Positions 22,364 to 37,600 of a stretch of DNA of 64,000 nt are shown here, one piece after another. Origin of the DNA: Ptychomitrium polyphyllum (taxonomy: Eukaryota). Position 1 is the first letter of the stretch. Each line of letters opens with the position of its first letter. Made by a program: the position numbers and the translations under genes. The stretch lies in the NCBI GenBank assembly GCA_973851085.1, contig OZ316775.1, positions 19,034,001 to 19,098,000 of the forward strand, in the 5' to 3' direction. The notes beneath the pieces were generated by a model that was given only the letters and a program-made list of their open reading frames with translations, did no database searches and was not told the origin of the DNA.

Positions 22364-24286
22364 TCACACAGACAATATTGATGGACTCACTTGTGGCGAA
22401 AAATCACCCGTCTCTTGAGGAGCAGACTCCTGGAGAGGAACGGGATCAGTACTCTGCTGTGTGGCAGGCACCCGCTTAAGATCCATGAGCGATAAATACT
22501 CTTCTTTGAGATTGACTAATGGATGCTTCTCTTTCAGAACATGCCGCTGCCGTTGACCAGGAACACGGATCCCCTCGTAAGCCTCTCGCAAGAAGACGGT
22601 ATCACGAGCACCTTTTCTGGAGACATAAAAGTGCTCTGGGTGGCGGATTAACACACCTCGCACCTGCAAGAAAGATAATGCCAGATGCTCAAAATCCCAA
22701 AATTGATCGTTCCTTGAGACAGCTCTCTGCAAATAAGTCTATCTAAAAATAAAAACAAAACAAGAGATAAGGAATTCAATGAGAGGAAATGCCATAAACA
22801 ACCCAGGCAGTACCTGATTTGAGAACTTGAACTCTTTGCGGAAGTGAGTTAGATGGTCCACATAAATTCGCTTCTCTAATGTAAGAGACAGAAGTTCTTT
22901 TATCAAAAGCACAGCACGTTTTTCAGCCTCCGGCGATGATGGGTCAAGGTAGTTTGAAGCTTCGTAAGGTGACGGACATTCAAGCTCGTGAAATTTGTAT
23001 AACACAAACTTGTCTTTATTCGAGAGCCGATACCTCTTTGGCAGTTGAATTTCTAACCTTGGAGGACTATCTGTAAAACAAAGCCATGACTCAGCAATAC
23101 AAATTCAAAATGGCTTAAGAGGTCTACAAAAGAAGGAGAATCAGTCGACACACATAATTACTAAAAAATTAGAAAACGTGCCGAGTTTATTCTCTTCCAT
23201 GATATGTCGAACTCTCTGCTCCTCTGCGGTAACGGCCAAACGATCGCTCCATTTAACAAGCTCCAAAAAGCGGCCATCCTCATCGGATACGTCGTCACCC
23301 TCAATTACATGAAAATACTTCGGGTATTTGAACACCAAGCGCTTCCTGAAATCTTCAGGGAGACCAATATCCTTCGCTATATGTGCAATCTTCCCGAGAA
23401 GAAGACGTTTGTCATTCGACATCATGAGAATCTTCCTCAACTTAGTAACAACTTCAACCTTCATTCCTTTCCGAATCTCTACCTCTTCTTCACAGAGTGC
23501 TTCCGCCTCTGATGAAAACTGAAACCAAGGCAGTCTGCCCGGCTCGGGATTCTCATGAACATCAAAAACACCTGGATACCTCTTCAGAAATGCGATGATT
23601 CGTTTATTCCCTGTCAGCCCAATGTAGTCCCTACACTTACCCAAATCTTGAAATGTCATGAAACTCTCGGGATCCGCAAGAAGAAGCTCTTTCACCTTCA
23701 AAATGATCCTCAGTTTCTTTTCCATCTCAATAATGTCATCGAAATCTACTTCTTTCATTTGCTGAACCCTCAAACTCGTAGGGTAGAGCTTATCAACGTG
23801 CCACTTCACATTTCGATCCCTCGGCCTCGAATCGTCTTCACTCCTTCGTCCTTCATCATCAGACCCGTCATCTTCTTCTTCTTCCGCCCAGTTCTTCGTA
23901 GCAAAAGACCGCGAGCGGCTTCGCATCGGAACCTCAAAACCTTGGAACGATACCCTAGCTCCGGACACCCCACATTTGTAACCATTTCCACAATCACTCA
24001 CTCGACCGAAAGAACCCGAATCGGACGACCTGAAAGCTACCCGAATACGCTCTCGAAAGCTAAACCCCAAACCTCGAGCCTCACCCGCATTACCAACATC
24101 TTGAGGTCCAACTCCCGATTCTCTTTCAGGCACGAGAAACAACTTCGAAGACGATGGAATAAGACCACAACATGATCGGCAACCATAGTTTGAGAAACTC
24201 CTTTCTGCTACAGTCCACACGAACCGGAACCTCGACCTCAAAGCCATGGCCGCAGAGGACACGGCACCTCCACCTCCAGAGATCAT
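22364..24286 (-). CDS. PORR-domain (plant organelle RNA recognition, WTF1/RPD1 family) protein; exons ~24286(or 24247)-23182, 23070-22814, 22663-22364
   Basis: Organellar-transit-like N-terminus; FLKRYPGVF, KLRKILMMS, DIGLPEDF, SPYE...AEKRAVLLIKELLSLTLEKR, LIRHPEHFYVSRKGARDTVFLREAY. Start ATG and final exon end are uncertain (possible extra donor near 22390). Confidence 0.88.
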
Positions 24287-25499
24287 ACACTGTGCACACG
24301 CACTCCATGAAACCAAAAATCAAATCCTAATCCAAAACCCTAAAATTCCAAACCCTAAACCCAAATCACTCATATTTCTCAGGCGAACTGTAAGTCCTAA
24401 TCGGAAACACTCCAAACACGAGACGCATTCACAAAAACCAAGTCTGCACCCCAAAACCAGCACCCCCGACGGAAGGCATACAGCTCCACTCCTCGAAGTC
24501 TTCAACTTCCATAGATGAAGCTGGAATCAGGTACACCGACCTGCTTCAAACATGATCAGAAAGTTTAGAATCGTTCACGATTCGGGGTGTACGCCCATGG
24601 TAGATGACGAAGGATCCAGGTGCAGCGACGGTTTTCGGTATGCATCCTGTACTGGAAGATACGAGTCCACTTGTTGAGAAATCTTCGTTCCTGCATCACA
24701 CGCTGTAGAACCTGCACCTAACCAGGGCTTACAGGTGTGCTTCCATGCATTGCTGGGTGGTCCCGAATCCATACAAGCAGGAAGGACCAGGAGCTCAAAA
24801 TCGCTCCCATGTGATCCCCAACAGCGCAAATCGGGCACATTGTAGGTGCTGGAATCTCGCAATCACTTGGACGCTCGATGAGCGGTTTGTCATCTTGTGA
24901 AGCACTCTTGTCGTTTAGCTCTAAAATTGGACCACCACGGTTGCACGGAAGCAGGGCCTAAGACCGTCAGAAAATCGGGAAATATTAATTTGGTGTGTTG
25001 TCGTGTAGGACCTATGACCAATGTACGGGCGAAATTTCGGACATTCTAGCCAGCCAGCTGGCCTCAGAGACATTCCAGAATACACAGGCTCTCTCCTTAT
25101 TGGTCAGGACTCTCAAAATAGATATTTCTGGTGACTTTTGTTGCTCAGCAGACTAAAGAACTGCTTTAAAGGCGAAATTCCACACAAAGGCAATGAGGAT
25201 GACTCTGGATGGATCCTACATTGTTATAAGCTGGCTCAGCGTCAGTTTCTATAGTGAGTACAGATATTCACGTTGGGAGAAAGGTCAACTTTAAATGAAT
25301 CTTCTCTTTTTGGGTATTCTAGAAAACAGATCTAGGCCAAAGAGGGATTGATAACCGCCATGTCACGGCTTTGTCAGTTGGGTCCCACTGTTTTTGCGCT
25401 ACTACATTTTAATTAGTGGATAGCTTAGTATTTGGCCTTATTTTAGTCAACCGACTGAACCCCATTTGGGAAGCATGGAAAGTGGGGCGAGGATCATAT

Positions 25500-27100
25500 T
25501 ACATTACTTTAATACACATGAGATTAGCATAATATTTGTATCAACCAAGCACAGTGACATATCATATTCTTCAGGTACTTAATAGTGATATCAATTTAAA
25601 TTTTAAAGTTAAAAATAGAAAGAAGAAATTTGATGTGAATATAACATATTTTATCTTCAAATTTATTTATACTTATATTATGATATTTTTGAAAAGCATA
25701 TACCATTTAATGGAAATATCATTTGTAGTTAAGACTAGTTGAAACGACATATAAAAAATGTTAAACGAAATATAAATTAATATTTATATTTAATACTAGT
25801 CTTAATCGTTTTATTAATGTTTAATAAAAATGAATATAGTATTTTTAAGAAGCATAAACGATTGAAACATTCTAAAGCTAAAATTTGAAAACTAAAGAGT
25901 TGATTGTTAATATTTAAAGTTGAAAGTTGCACAAAGATTTATAAAAGTTATTGATTTTTGTTACTTGGCTAATTATTTCTTAATATATAAATTTGACAAA
26001 TAATAAGTATTTAATCACTATTAGCACATAAAGCTTTGAATAAACTTTGGAAACAAGTTGCAATAGTACGGACAAAAAATCATAAATCTATTCAAATAAA
26101 ATCTAAAAAGTCATAAAAATTCTACCATTTACTTACAATTGGAATAATTGTCTACAATGCTTTTTATATTTTATAATATACAATAATGAAAAAGAACATC
26201 TCCAAAAAGATTTTCTTTTGACGAACAATAATCATTGCAAATTTATTGTAATTAGCCAAATAAATTATGATGATAGAAGAGATATATAATATTTGTCTAA
26301 AAACCAAGCTAAATTCATTGACAAAAATGAAATTACAAGATAACAAACATGGATTAAATAAAGATAACATAATTTAATCCTAAATTTATCCTTCTAGTCT
26401 TTTGAGATGTTTCTATGATATTGTATATAATTCTCCATACCTTGTTGATGATTTTCAATCCCTCTTTCACATTGAGAATTTTGGAAGTTTTATCAATGGG
26501 TTTTTTCTTAATAATTATGTAATAGTTTCAAAAATGTTTTATGTGGATTTTTGATTGTAATATACCTGTACAAATGAACCACTTTAAAGTGTCACCTGCA
26601 AAAAAATTTCTATTAAAATTTGATTTATATGAACAAGATCTATTAAAATTTGATTTATATGAGCAAGATATTCTTTGTACAGAATAAGTGCAACATAAAA
26701 GCCTATTGACTATAGTTTCTACTCAACTTGAAATCGTAAAACTCCATAAAAAGGAACATTTTATTGCACTTATAAGTTCAAAACCTATTCCCATAAAGTA
26801 CTACATTTGCTAATTTTAGTGACACAAATGACCTTCATTTATCATGATGTTTATAGATGTATTTAATCTCCCGGTTGATATGAATTTTCATTGCCATTAC
26901 TTCAAAATTGCAACAATCTCCATGACCTTTATTTTTCTTTTATTTACAGTGATAAATTTGATTATGAAAAGAAGTTGGAATACATGTTTGGAAGTCCATG
27001 GTTTAGTGGCTAGTCTTGACAGAAATACAAATGCAAATTTCTTCATTACTCTCAAAAATCATACATCTTGTATATAAATTACTTTCCTTTTAATTGCACA
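25500..27100. other. Very AT-rich intergenic tract (probable decayed TE sequence), including a 30-bp tandem duplication at ~26609-26669
   Basis: Abrupt compositional shift, no credible ORFs. Confidence 0.45.
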
Positions 27101-28227
27101 TAGGATTTTACTGTCTACATTTGATGTAGACAATAGATTTGTGTCACTTAAAATGCTCACGGCCTAACATTCTTTAGCAAATCCTGGAATCATGGATAGA
27201 GTCCCTTTACTCCTTTCTTCACCTAGAGTTGCTGCTGAAGAGTCTGTTAGTGAAGGGTGAGGTTCCCACTGCTAAAAAGTGCTACGGAGGCACTGACCAA
27301 AACGATCAATTAGTTAAAATGAAATAAGCGCACACAAGGCAGTGGTGAACAAACTCAGCAAGAAATAGTCCTTTCAGCAAATATGTCCAGAACGGCTTCA
27401 CATCTAAATCACAGAAAGTTCAAAGTACCAATGAGTACCACATGCACAAGGCTCTCCAAATTATCCCCCTCATGTAAATGCATAAGCGTTTGAACTGGAC
27501 ATCATATGCTATACATGGGCAACCCACTACCTGCACATTACACGTTCTCGAATCAGCATGGACACCACAACTAACACATTCTAAGTCCTACAACTTGAAC
27601 ATACATCCACAACAGGACCACAACATTCTGTCAAAATACGTTGTCATAAATAGAGAACAGTTAACACGTATATCACCAAGATTTCATGAAGGCATGAAGC
27701 ACGTAGCTTCCTTTTATAAAATGATCCTCTTGCCATGCAGCATTGAACAATCACAGTCTAGAGGCAGTTTAAAAGTTACATATGAATGGGTTGAACTCAA
27801 TTCTAGTATTGGCTGTATACAATACACGTGGGATAACTCTCCGGCCAAGCTTTCATCTTGCTGTTGGAAAAAATTGACTCTGGAAAGGATCGACTTGCCT
27901 TAACAGCCTACTCGGCTTCAACCCTGCCAGAGGCCCAGACATATCATCTCTCATCTATCAAGGCCATAACTACAATTGCTGACATATGCCTATTCAATTG
28001 GTGGTACGATACAGTGAGGCCCATTTTCAAGGAGATCAGCAATTATTTGAAACAAGACTGGATTGCAACGAAGTGCAAGCGGGTTACCAGACCCTGTAGT
28101 CCAGGCACACACTGATGACGAGACTACAGAGGTAGCCCTTGAAGCAGGCAGCCCTTTAAAATCAGAGTCCACCTCCTTAACTGGCTGCACGAAGCATCAG
28201 GAGACCTCGCTCCAAGTAGCAGCAACT

Positions 28228-31200
28228 CTATTCGTTGATGTTGCACTGCTGCAAATAAGGGTGGTTATATTTCACATACTTCGACCAGTACGGCCTAAAT
28301 TGGGCCATTCCGATCTCCAACCATGGCTTCATGTTCCCGTTCCAGTGAATCACAGCAGCAGTCTCGATTTCTGACTCCTCAATCGCTGGGTTGTACCCCA
28401 AACCCAGTACGTGCCACGACTTCTCCAAAGGATGTGTTAAGTTGTAGAACGTGATCAGCCCCGGTGGTAGTGTCCCGAGCTTCCACAGTGTTCTATCCTC
28501 ATTCTGGAAATCCAACAAGTGCAATATTTAGACTCATAATCAAACACTAACAAAATAAATAACTAAATTCTCAAGTAAGTCAACTTCTTGAACCTGACGA
28601 GTAGACGTAGACTACTAGGTGAGACATGCTACTAGGTGAGCGTACTTACCAGGCTTTGCCACCTATGATAGATACCAGTAATGTCTTGCTTCTTCCACTG
28701 CTCCAAGTCAAACACATTCATTCCATATGCCCATCCGCACGCCATGGGGTCGAAATTATTTGAGATTAAAGGATTGGAGAAATTCAAGTACTTGTCAAAC
28801 CGATGGAAGGTGGCCCCGCAAGTTTCCACAGCACCGTTCACGTTACCATTCAGATCAATCTCCCACAGTGGAGTCAGATCCTTTTGTACAACAATGTCGT
28901 CATCAAGAAACACAACCTTGTTTAATTTCGGAAACACCTCTGGTAAATAGAAACGCAGATGATTCAGCATGGATAAATATTTGGGATTCCTATATTTCAG
29001 GTTTGACGTCCCTGCTGCGAGGGGATTGGCCTGATCAGCCTTGAAATAATAGTCCTTCATAGAAGAGGACTCCAGCTGCTTCAACACGGGGCAATACGAC
29101 GAGTTCAACCATTTGAAATCGTCCACATTTTGAACTTGAACAGCGGCAGCACCAGGAGGATTTGCCAAGAACCACATCTTCATCGCGCCATAATTCAGCT
29201 TGTCTGTCACAATATGGAAAACGTGCCTCTCTGGATCCTGCAACAAAAATCAAAACTCTCATAGGTACTCCACGTCAACGGATTCGTACACAAGCGAATC
29301 AGAAGTAAACGAAACGACGGCTGATTGACAAAGCGGTAGGAATTGAGCTTGCTACAGAAAATGTGCTACCTCAACATAGCTTCTACCAGTAGAGAAACCT
29401 GGTTGCTGACATAACAAATGGGACATCATACCTTGGCGTTGTAGACAGTTGAGTTCACCACTACTGCTGCTGCCAGAATGTTGTCAGAAAACAAGGCGTA
29501 ATGATACAAACTAGGATCCTCAAGCTTTCCCTTGTATTTGAATATCTGTTCATCAGATGACAGCATATGGTATTCAACAGTCAGACGCATGGAGAAGCAA
29601 TGAAGCCCTTTAGGAACGGTTTTAGCTGCCAACTGGCTCAGGAACGTGCTTTGTTTCTTCAGCATGCGGGCATTATCCTCTGTTGATTGGAGCATAGCCC
29701 TGAGTTTCTTCACCATTATACTATTATCATAGTGCTTTTCACGAGCCTCTGCCAAAAGCTCGCTCATAGTCTTCATTTTTTCTTCAGCTCTGCAATATTC
29801 AAGTAAGACAATCAGCAGCAAAACGTCACTGGTAGAGATGCCACGACAATTCTAATAAGACAGAAAAGGGCAGAAAAAGGAGATCAAGGATCTGAGGAAA
29901 TACCCTGCTGGCAATTCAGCATCCACATTTGCATCCCCTACTATACTGGTGTGCTCCTTGATTCGCAGCTTCAAGTCACGAACTAAATCGTAGTGACCTT
30001 GACCCTGCGCAATATTGGCATAAGCTCGCGCCATGATCAACTGGTCCCGCATCAGCCGCACTAGAGCATCTGAATTTTCGGTATCAGAATCTCTCTTCCA
30101 TGTATTTGCGCTGCTAACAACTTCCGTAGCAGAAGTTTCAGACTTAGCAGCACCATCATCCTTGCTTTCGACAACCTGCTTAATAGCAGCATCCTCTGGA
30201 ATCACAAAAACAGTAGCGACATGTCAGTAAATGTATGAAAACTACATCTATGAAAAGAGATCTGCGAATAACCAACAAAAAGCTCAAAAGTCCCTGGTAA
30301 ACTAGTCTGTATAATGAAATAACAATGTTTGAGACCATGGATGATTCCCTTTCTAAAGCTTCTGACCCGTCTATAAGCAACTACGAAGAAATATATGCAC
30401 AACAGCCTTAATACATGTGATCCATTCATATTTACATACCAGTTTTATCAGCGACTAACTCCTCATTTCCGAGCTTATTCCTATCTCCATCTTCTGAAAC
30501 TATCCTGGAATCCTGCAATTGACCATAGATACTTAATAGTTGAGTATTGTAATCATTGAAATAATCATGCGTAAACACAAAGAACATGATGCTTTTCAAA
30601 TGAGAACTTCGCAACTGTGCTGAATCATGTGAAAACCCTTGTATTGGACGCTGGGCTCAATGGTCAGTCTTACAGCCCAAAAAACGACTATACTACTGCC
30701 AACATTCAGGAAATAATATGATCTAGTTTACATTTAGTTACATCTCAAAAGCAAATGCAGGAAACAGCAGACTACAAGGACGTGCTTGTGCAGAGCACCC
30801 AGATCATGAACTTACCTGATAAGACTTGGACTTCCTAGAAACAAACCTGCCCTCTTCTTGCACCCAGGACGAGGACTCGTCTTTACGGGCAACAACATTT
30901 AAATTCAGAGGCCCAGAGCCTTCAGAATTCGAATTAACAATGTCCAATACCTGGAAGGAGCGAAAATTTGATATATTTCAATAATAGCCCCACCTCACAT
31001 TTTTCATGTTTGCAAAGATCACCACCAAGCACATATATCGAATCCAAAGATTGAAATACCCTTACCAATATTATGATAAACAATCTCCTTAGCAAAGACA
31101 TCAGCCTACTTACTACATGAGAAGATTAAGATAACCATCGACCAGACATGCACAACCGCCCCACCCCACAAAAAACTTTGGAATGCACTAAGACCTTTTG

Positions 31201-32217
31201 AAAACCCGAATTCAGAAAATAGAATTTACCTCTCTAGGAATCAAAGCCTCTATGCCCTCCAAAGCACTGCGCCTTCGTGTATCCTCTATCTTTGACTGCA
31301 ACGCACACACAAAAAGATGACTCAGACAACGACGTCGCATACAAATCACATTACACAAACACATAGTGAAAATTTCAAAGTCAATTCATGAAAACGATAG
31401 GAGCAGGCCACGCACCAAAAGAGACGAATGTTCAGTGGCTACACCTGCACACAAAGCAACCAGTACAACGGCACCACCATCATTAATTCCTTGGCCACGA
31501 TTGAAAACGGACATCATTTATGAGGGGATTTTCATAGACCCGACGCTACGACCGTGAATATCAAACATCTCATGATCTCGATTATGAACATAAAGATGGA
31601 CCATCTGCAAACCATCTTCCTAAACTTCGCCGGTTCACTGAGCATACCAAAGTGGACAACACACGCATCTCATCAGAATAACAAACGGGTTTAATTTGGA
31701 CCAAACCTCATTCAGAAGAGGCTAAACTGAGCTAAAATGTGAAATTAACTACTGGCTGCAGTAATTCTTCCCACGACTGCCACTTCAACTTGTCACAATT
31801 CAGAGTCCAAGCACGGTCTACGACTTAACATTTAACTGCACTTCAAAATAACTTTGTCTGAATCTGGTCAGATATATTGTACGTACCAATGTAACATCCC
31901 ACCAACCTATTCAATTGACCAACTCGGTCCTTCATCCCACGATGCAACAGATTTGAAAGAGATGGTAGCCGATAGAGAATGTTTACGACTGAGATACGTA
32001 CTTTACAACTTCCAACAAGACACACCCAACCAAAGATCTGTCCACCAATCAAACTCGAAGCAATACCTGTAGAGAGAAAGCTTGTTGTCCTGGTCGCCAA
32101 GATCAAGAGAGGAGCCACTACGGATATTAACAGCAGGGCGATGACAGAGACGCGGTACCCGCCATTCCTGGCATTGTTCCGCATGGGTAGATTCGTTGCT
32201 GTCTTCCTAAACGCCAT
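28228..32217 (-). CDS. GAUT1: GT8 galacturonosyltransferase, GAUT1-like; ~9 exons (approx. 32217-32067, 31444-31416, 31295-31230, 30950-30816, 30512-30439, 30196-29904, 29789-29432, 29238-28660, 28504-28228)
   Basis: N-terminal TM; WKRDSDTENSDALVRLMRDQLIMARAY; QLAAKTVPKGLHCFSMRL; YHYALFSDNILAAAVVVNST; YRNPKYLSMLNHLRFYLPEVFP..FLDDDIVVQKDL; LWKLGTLPPGLITFY; IHWNGNMKPW. Some exon borders are approximate. Confidence 0.9.
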
Positions 32218-34699
32218 TGAGAGATACTCTCCACCACCTCAAATATCTAGTCTCACGTGCGTATCAGCTCAACTTTCTTCAAATCCTGTTGACACTACAT
32301 ACATCGCCACTAGTTCACAACAACTGCTGTCATGAAAACACACTCCCTAATCCGCTGGATATCGCCATCTGACACTGTAAAGCAACCCAATCCAAGATAA
32401 TGTGCTTTCGAAGAACCGCCTAAAACCAGCTCATCATTGCACTTGCCAATATCATGACGACCTACGAAGGCCTCAGTTCCATTCCTCCATAGCCAACCCC
32501 TGAGTTCGGGAGTTGGAACGTCACGCTTCAAAGCCACAACGCAGTGTACACGAGCATGCTCCGGTCAAGACATCCACCTGTGAAAATCACAAGGAACCAG
32601 AAAATCAGCAACGAACTCTGGAATGTACGCAACAAGGAAGAAGCTGAAATCCCCATATCCACGCAAAGCGTTCAACCCAGTAGGTTTAAGGGGATTCGAA
32701 CAAACACAACATCAGGATATGAACACTAACAATCGCATCAGAACCCTTGGTCCTTGGAACAAAATAACCGGTGCAGTTCATGCGCTTAAATCTCTTCCAC
32801 AAAAGTTGCAAAAACATCTCATAAGGAATGCCACCAGACAGCGAGCAGGAGCAAAATCCAAGAGACACGTGATCACAAGTTGACATGGCCACCCAGTCCA
32901 AGAAAACACAAGATGCCATACCTAGGTCACACTCGGCCTGCGGATCTAGCTCCTCTAAGCCTCGTTTCTAAGGAGAAATAGAAGAGCAACAGGTCTCGCT
33001 CTGATGCCAGAGCTTCAAAGAAGAGCCCAAATCTCTCACGACTTCCTAAGCTCCTAAGAAACCACAACACACAGCATGCAGCAACTTGCGGAGAAACCAG
33101 AGTAAGTGTTTATGTGTTGAGAACGCAACAGTGCGTTTCAGTCTAAGCATTGAGACATTCAAATAAAGGCACCGTCGCTGCAAACGCGACTGCACTGAGT
33201 CACCGATATCTCCCGAAAATCACATCACTAAATCGGTATACACTGACAGGTACAGAAACGAACTCCACCATCACCAGAGCAACCGCATTTCTGCGGCAGT
33301 CACATTCTCACCACAAGAAACCTCGGAACGAAACAAACACGCAACCAAACATCGCCAAAAACAACCGCATGCCAATCCCGAAAGCTACATTCCACGAACA
33401 CACATGCAAGAGAATCTCAAAACCGAAAGACCATCACCAGTACACAAAACTAATCTCCAACCACGCACCGCCCAAATGCAAGATAACCTCGACAATTAAA
33501 AACGCGAACACCCAACCTACATACAAAACCACGAAAACCACAACCACCTCGTGTATGTACTCACCACATAACCCAATGTCACCCAACCTGAAACTAAACC
33601 ACAACACCCACCAGAGAACAGCCTCAAAGCTCTAAACCTCCGAAAACTCAACCACGCCGCGGACAGAAACGCTCACCACGCAACGGCACCTCCGGAAGAA
33701 GACGAACGCAGAACTCTCTATGTCCTTCAACCTAGGTCCAGACCCGAAAATCCTGCACACAGGACGAGAGTTCCCCTGAATGCGTTCGTTCTAGAGCTGT
33801 GGTGGTGGGAGAGCCGACCAACTGCCAGATCGTGAGGCTGTAGCGGAGATTCCAAGTGCAGGCACAGAGAAGAGTTGGCGATGGCGGAGAGGGGTGTTTC
33901 CGGCTGCAAATAAGCGACTGCTCGTCTCTCGAAACTTGACCCCGTCCGTGTCCTCCATAATTGGCCCAAATCTACCCTTTTGCAGGATCTCACTTACTCC
34001 GGCTCTCTCCGTTAAAAACCGTCGCCACGCTGTACCGAATGAGTACAGGAACTAACACATAATCTACTCAATCGAAACATGATGCAGTCATCCCTCCTCA
34101 GCACGCGCTTCTCGTTGGTTTCCGTAGATTTGCGTGGTATCAAAATTACAGTTGGTATGTATTGGGCCCCGCGGATCTACCCTATTTTGATGTTGCAGCG
34201 TGACGCGTGGAGGTGTGGAGCCGACACTAGGGCACAGGTTAAAAGCAACTGGCCGGTGTTACCCGCGTGGTAATATGTGAAGACTTGGTGGATGAAGGTT
34301 GGATGAATCACTCGGCTCGAATTGCTGAGATGGCAACGCAAGGGGAAGGACCACATAGTAATAACCTGCGGGGATGGATATCAGCTTAGGGTGCATTCTT
34401 TGAGATTGAACGTGGCTTCAGGTGATTGAGCGAGTTTCCGTAACAGGATTTGATTGAATTATTTTCCGATATATAAGCCACGTTGTCTGCTGTCATGTCA
34501 GCCCGTTGATGGAACTTTCTGTCGATTTAAAGAGAACCTCTCCGAAAGGCGTACGCGTACGCAAGAGAGCCTTCCCAAGAGTGCCCTAAACCATCGAGAG
34601 AGCAAGTACATGTAATGTGTAAGAAAGGTTAAACTTGAGGCACGGTTTAAGCAATAGAAATTCATTATCAGATCATGGAGTGATAGTTCATGGGGATAT

Positions 34700-37600
34700 T
34701 GGTTCATGGAGCGATTCATAATTAATTCACAAATTCATAATTTTTGAAAAATTTATAATTAAGTCACTGTATCTATAGACGAACTCAAAAAAAATCTTTT
34801 TCAATTGTTAATAAATTTATATTTGTAAGTTTATTAGGAAAGATAAGCATAGAAGACTTAAATATATGAGAAGAATTTTTATTTTTTGAATATAAAATAT
34901 ATATTTAAAACAAATAAGGCAGCCATCATATCTTCATGATAGCATTCAACGCAAGTTTTTGTTCCAAAAAGTGAAGTCTTAAATAAAGTCCTAGAAAATG
35001 TCTATACAGATATGTACAAACAATCAAACATACAAACAAAACAAGTCTATAAGGTTTCTTTTTGTATATTAAATATAAAAATTAAAACGTGCAATATGCG
35101 TTAATTTTGTCATAATGCAATTTCAATATATTTTAAAATTTTGTTCAAGTTTCTTGATTCTCTTTGATGTATTGAAGAAAAAAATTCTTCAATTCAATAC
35201 CATCTAATTTAATTTTAATTTGAAAAAAAATTAATTTTAATTTGAAAAAATAACTATTTAATTAATTCCTAAAAGACCTCTTTTTATAAGAAGGTTTTTA
35301 AATTTTGGACAGGCTTAAATATTGACAATTTTAAATGAATGCTTTTTTTTATAAATTAGAAGTATAGGCATATATTAGCTTTGCATTAGTATAATCATCT
35401 TCTTTTTAATAACATTAAGACCAAAGTTATAGTGCCTTAAATAGTTTTTGCCACTTATTAGGCAATTTGGAACATTTTATTATGTTAGTGTCTTACGTTT
35501 AAGATTTATTACAAATACAATTAATATGATATTATTTGGAAATTTTATAAATAACTTTTTTCCTATGTTATAAAATTTTTATTCAAATAAGAATCAAAGT
35601 TGAAAACATTACAAAATAGGATGCAAATATATCAATATCTTTTATTAAATTTAAGAAATAAATGTTAGAAGTTTTGTTTGTTTATTATTTATACTATTTT
35701 ATTTTTTTCAAGAAGCAACTATCCTTGTTTTGAATGTTTTTTTTTGACAATTTATAATGAATAAAATTTACCAAAACAACATTGTCTCTATTAATTATAT
35801 TATTTTTTTTCTTTCATTGCAAAGTAATCTTGAACATGTTATATTCCTTAACTACCTTTCAAGTTTAACATGCAAAGTATGTACTATGGTTAAAAAACCT
35901 CAACTTTTGCATAGCATGAAATTTTATTATAATAGCAATCAAAGTTTGTTAATCTTATTTTATATAATGCAAAAAACTTCCAGATGCTATGATTCTCAGA
36001 TAATGTAATCAACTTTGCTATAATCAAATGTATACATTATTCTTATAATATATCTGAAGATAATATGGCTGAAGGTGGTTAAAATTGTTTTTTTTGGGAT
36101 TTGTTTCTTTTTATTAAAAATAGCATTTCTTAATGTTTTTCTTTTATAAAATATAGTTAAGGGATTTTAGGAAGTAATAGAAATTAGCTTGAAAAATTAT
36201 GAATTTAATATTTATACTTCAAATATAAATATCTTATTATAAAAAATCACTTTGTTTAAAAGAAACTAATTTCATTTATATTTATTGATTTTTTTAAAGG
36301 CATGATATGATTTAGTATACTTGATAATAGATGTTTTAAGTCCATTTCTAATATGAAACAAAGAAATTAAGAAATTATTCAATTTCTAATAAGAAAAATA
36401 AATTTTTGTTTTATTTGATATTAGTAACAAGATGCAAGTTTTGAATGGGCGATTTTGCGTGGATATACCTTACTCAAAATAATATTTGTGTCTACATTAT
36501 AGTAAAATGGCATATTCCAAATGTTGTTAATATCAAACAAACAATTGTTAAACTATAATAGTTTAACAAAATATTTTTAAAAACTTTAATTAATCATTAT
36601 GATGATTCTATCTTCTAATAAATTTTTAATAAACTATATTCACAACATGTAGTCTTCAATATTAATTAATTTTGACAAAAACATAGATTTATTCATGACC
36701 ACATTATATATTATTTTCTTTCAAAAGATTTTAAAATATTTGCTTTAAAACAACATTAATTGAATTTTTTTGTTTTAAAGGAAGAAAATTTAATCAAAGC
36801 TGCATTCAATTCTATATAAAACTAGTTTGTGATTAATTCAATGAACGTACAAATTTTTTTAATTACAAAGGTTATGTATTTTTATATCTTTATTAAAAAG
36901 GTTCTTTTACTAAGTTTTTTTGTTTACTAAGAAAATTCAAAAAAGTATTTTGCATTATGATAAAATTTTATATATTTTGTATAAATATTGGTTTTTTTTT
37001 CAATGAATAAATATTACTTGAATTAAAAAATTAAAGAACCAATGAATTACGGCTCAAGTTTTCTAATCTAGAACAAAAATATTAATATTTTTTTAATGTT
37101 GTAAAGGCAATGATATTAATTTTATTGCAATTATGCCATTATATATTTAAAAGACATATTTAAAATATGATTCACTAATAAAAAACACTAAAATTTTTAA
37201 ATACATGCAACTAAAATTTTGGATATGAAAAATGAACTTGTAACTTTGAATTTTATGAATTCTATATTGAATTGAATAAATATTTTCAATTTCAAATCTA
37301 TCAACATTGACAGTTTCCATTAGACTATAAATGTTTATTACTTTACAATTGACAAATAACATTTCCTCTTAATCTATTATTAACAATTAGTATGCATTTG
37401 AATATTGTATTTGTTTTCATGTACATGGCCTAGAACCTTAATTACAAGGGTCATCATTATTCTCTTATGTACCACATGGCTATAAATAATACATATAATA
37501 CAAGCATGTATATGGTAACCATTGAAAGTTTTGCAATATACATCTAATTTTTTATAATATTAGTGTACAATCTATGATTATATAGTTTTCTTGATATGCC

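Noticed and set aside
24575..24862. ORF containing DSGPPSNAW, similar to DSGPSNAW in the PAN-cyclophilin gene
   Set aside because: Nucleotide similarity is weak and does not extend; probably coincidence
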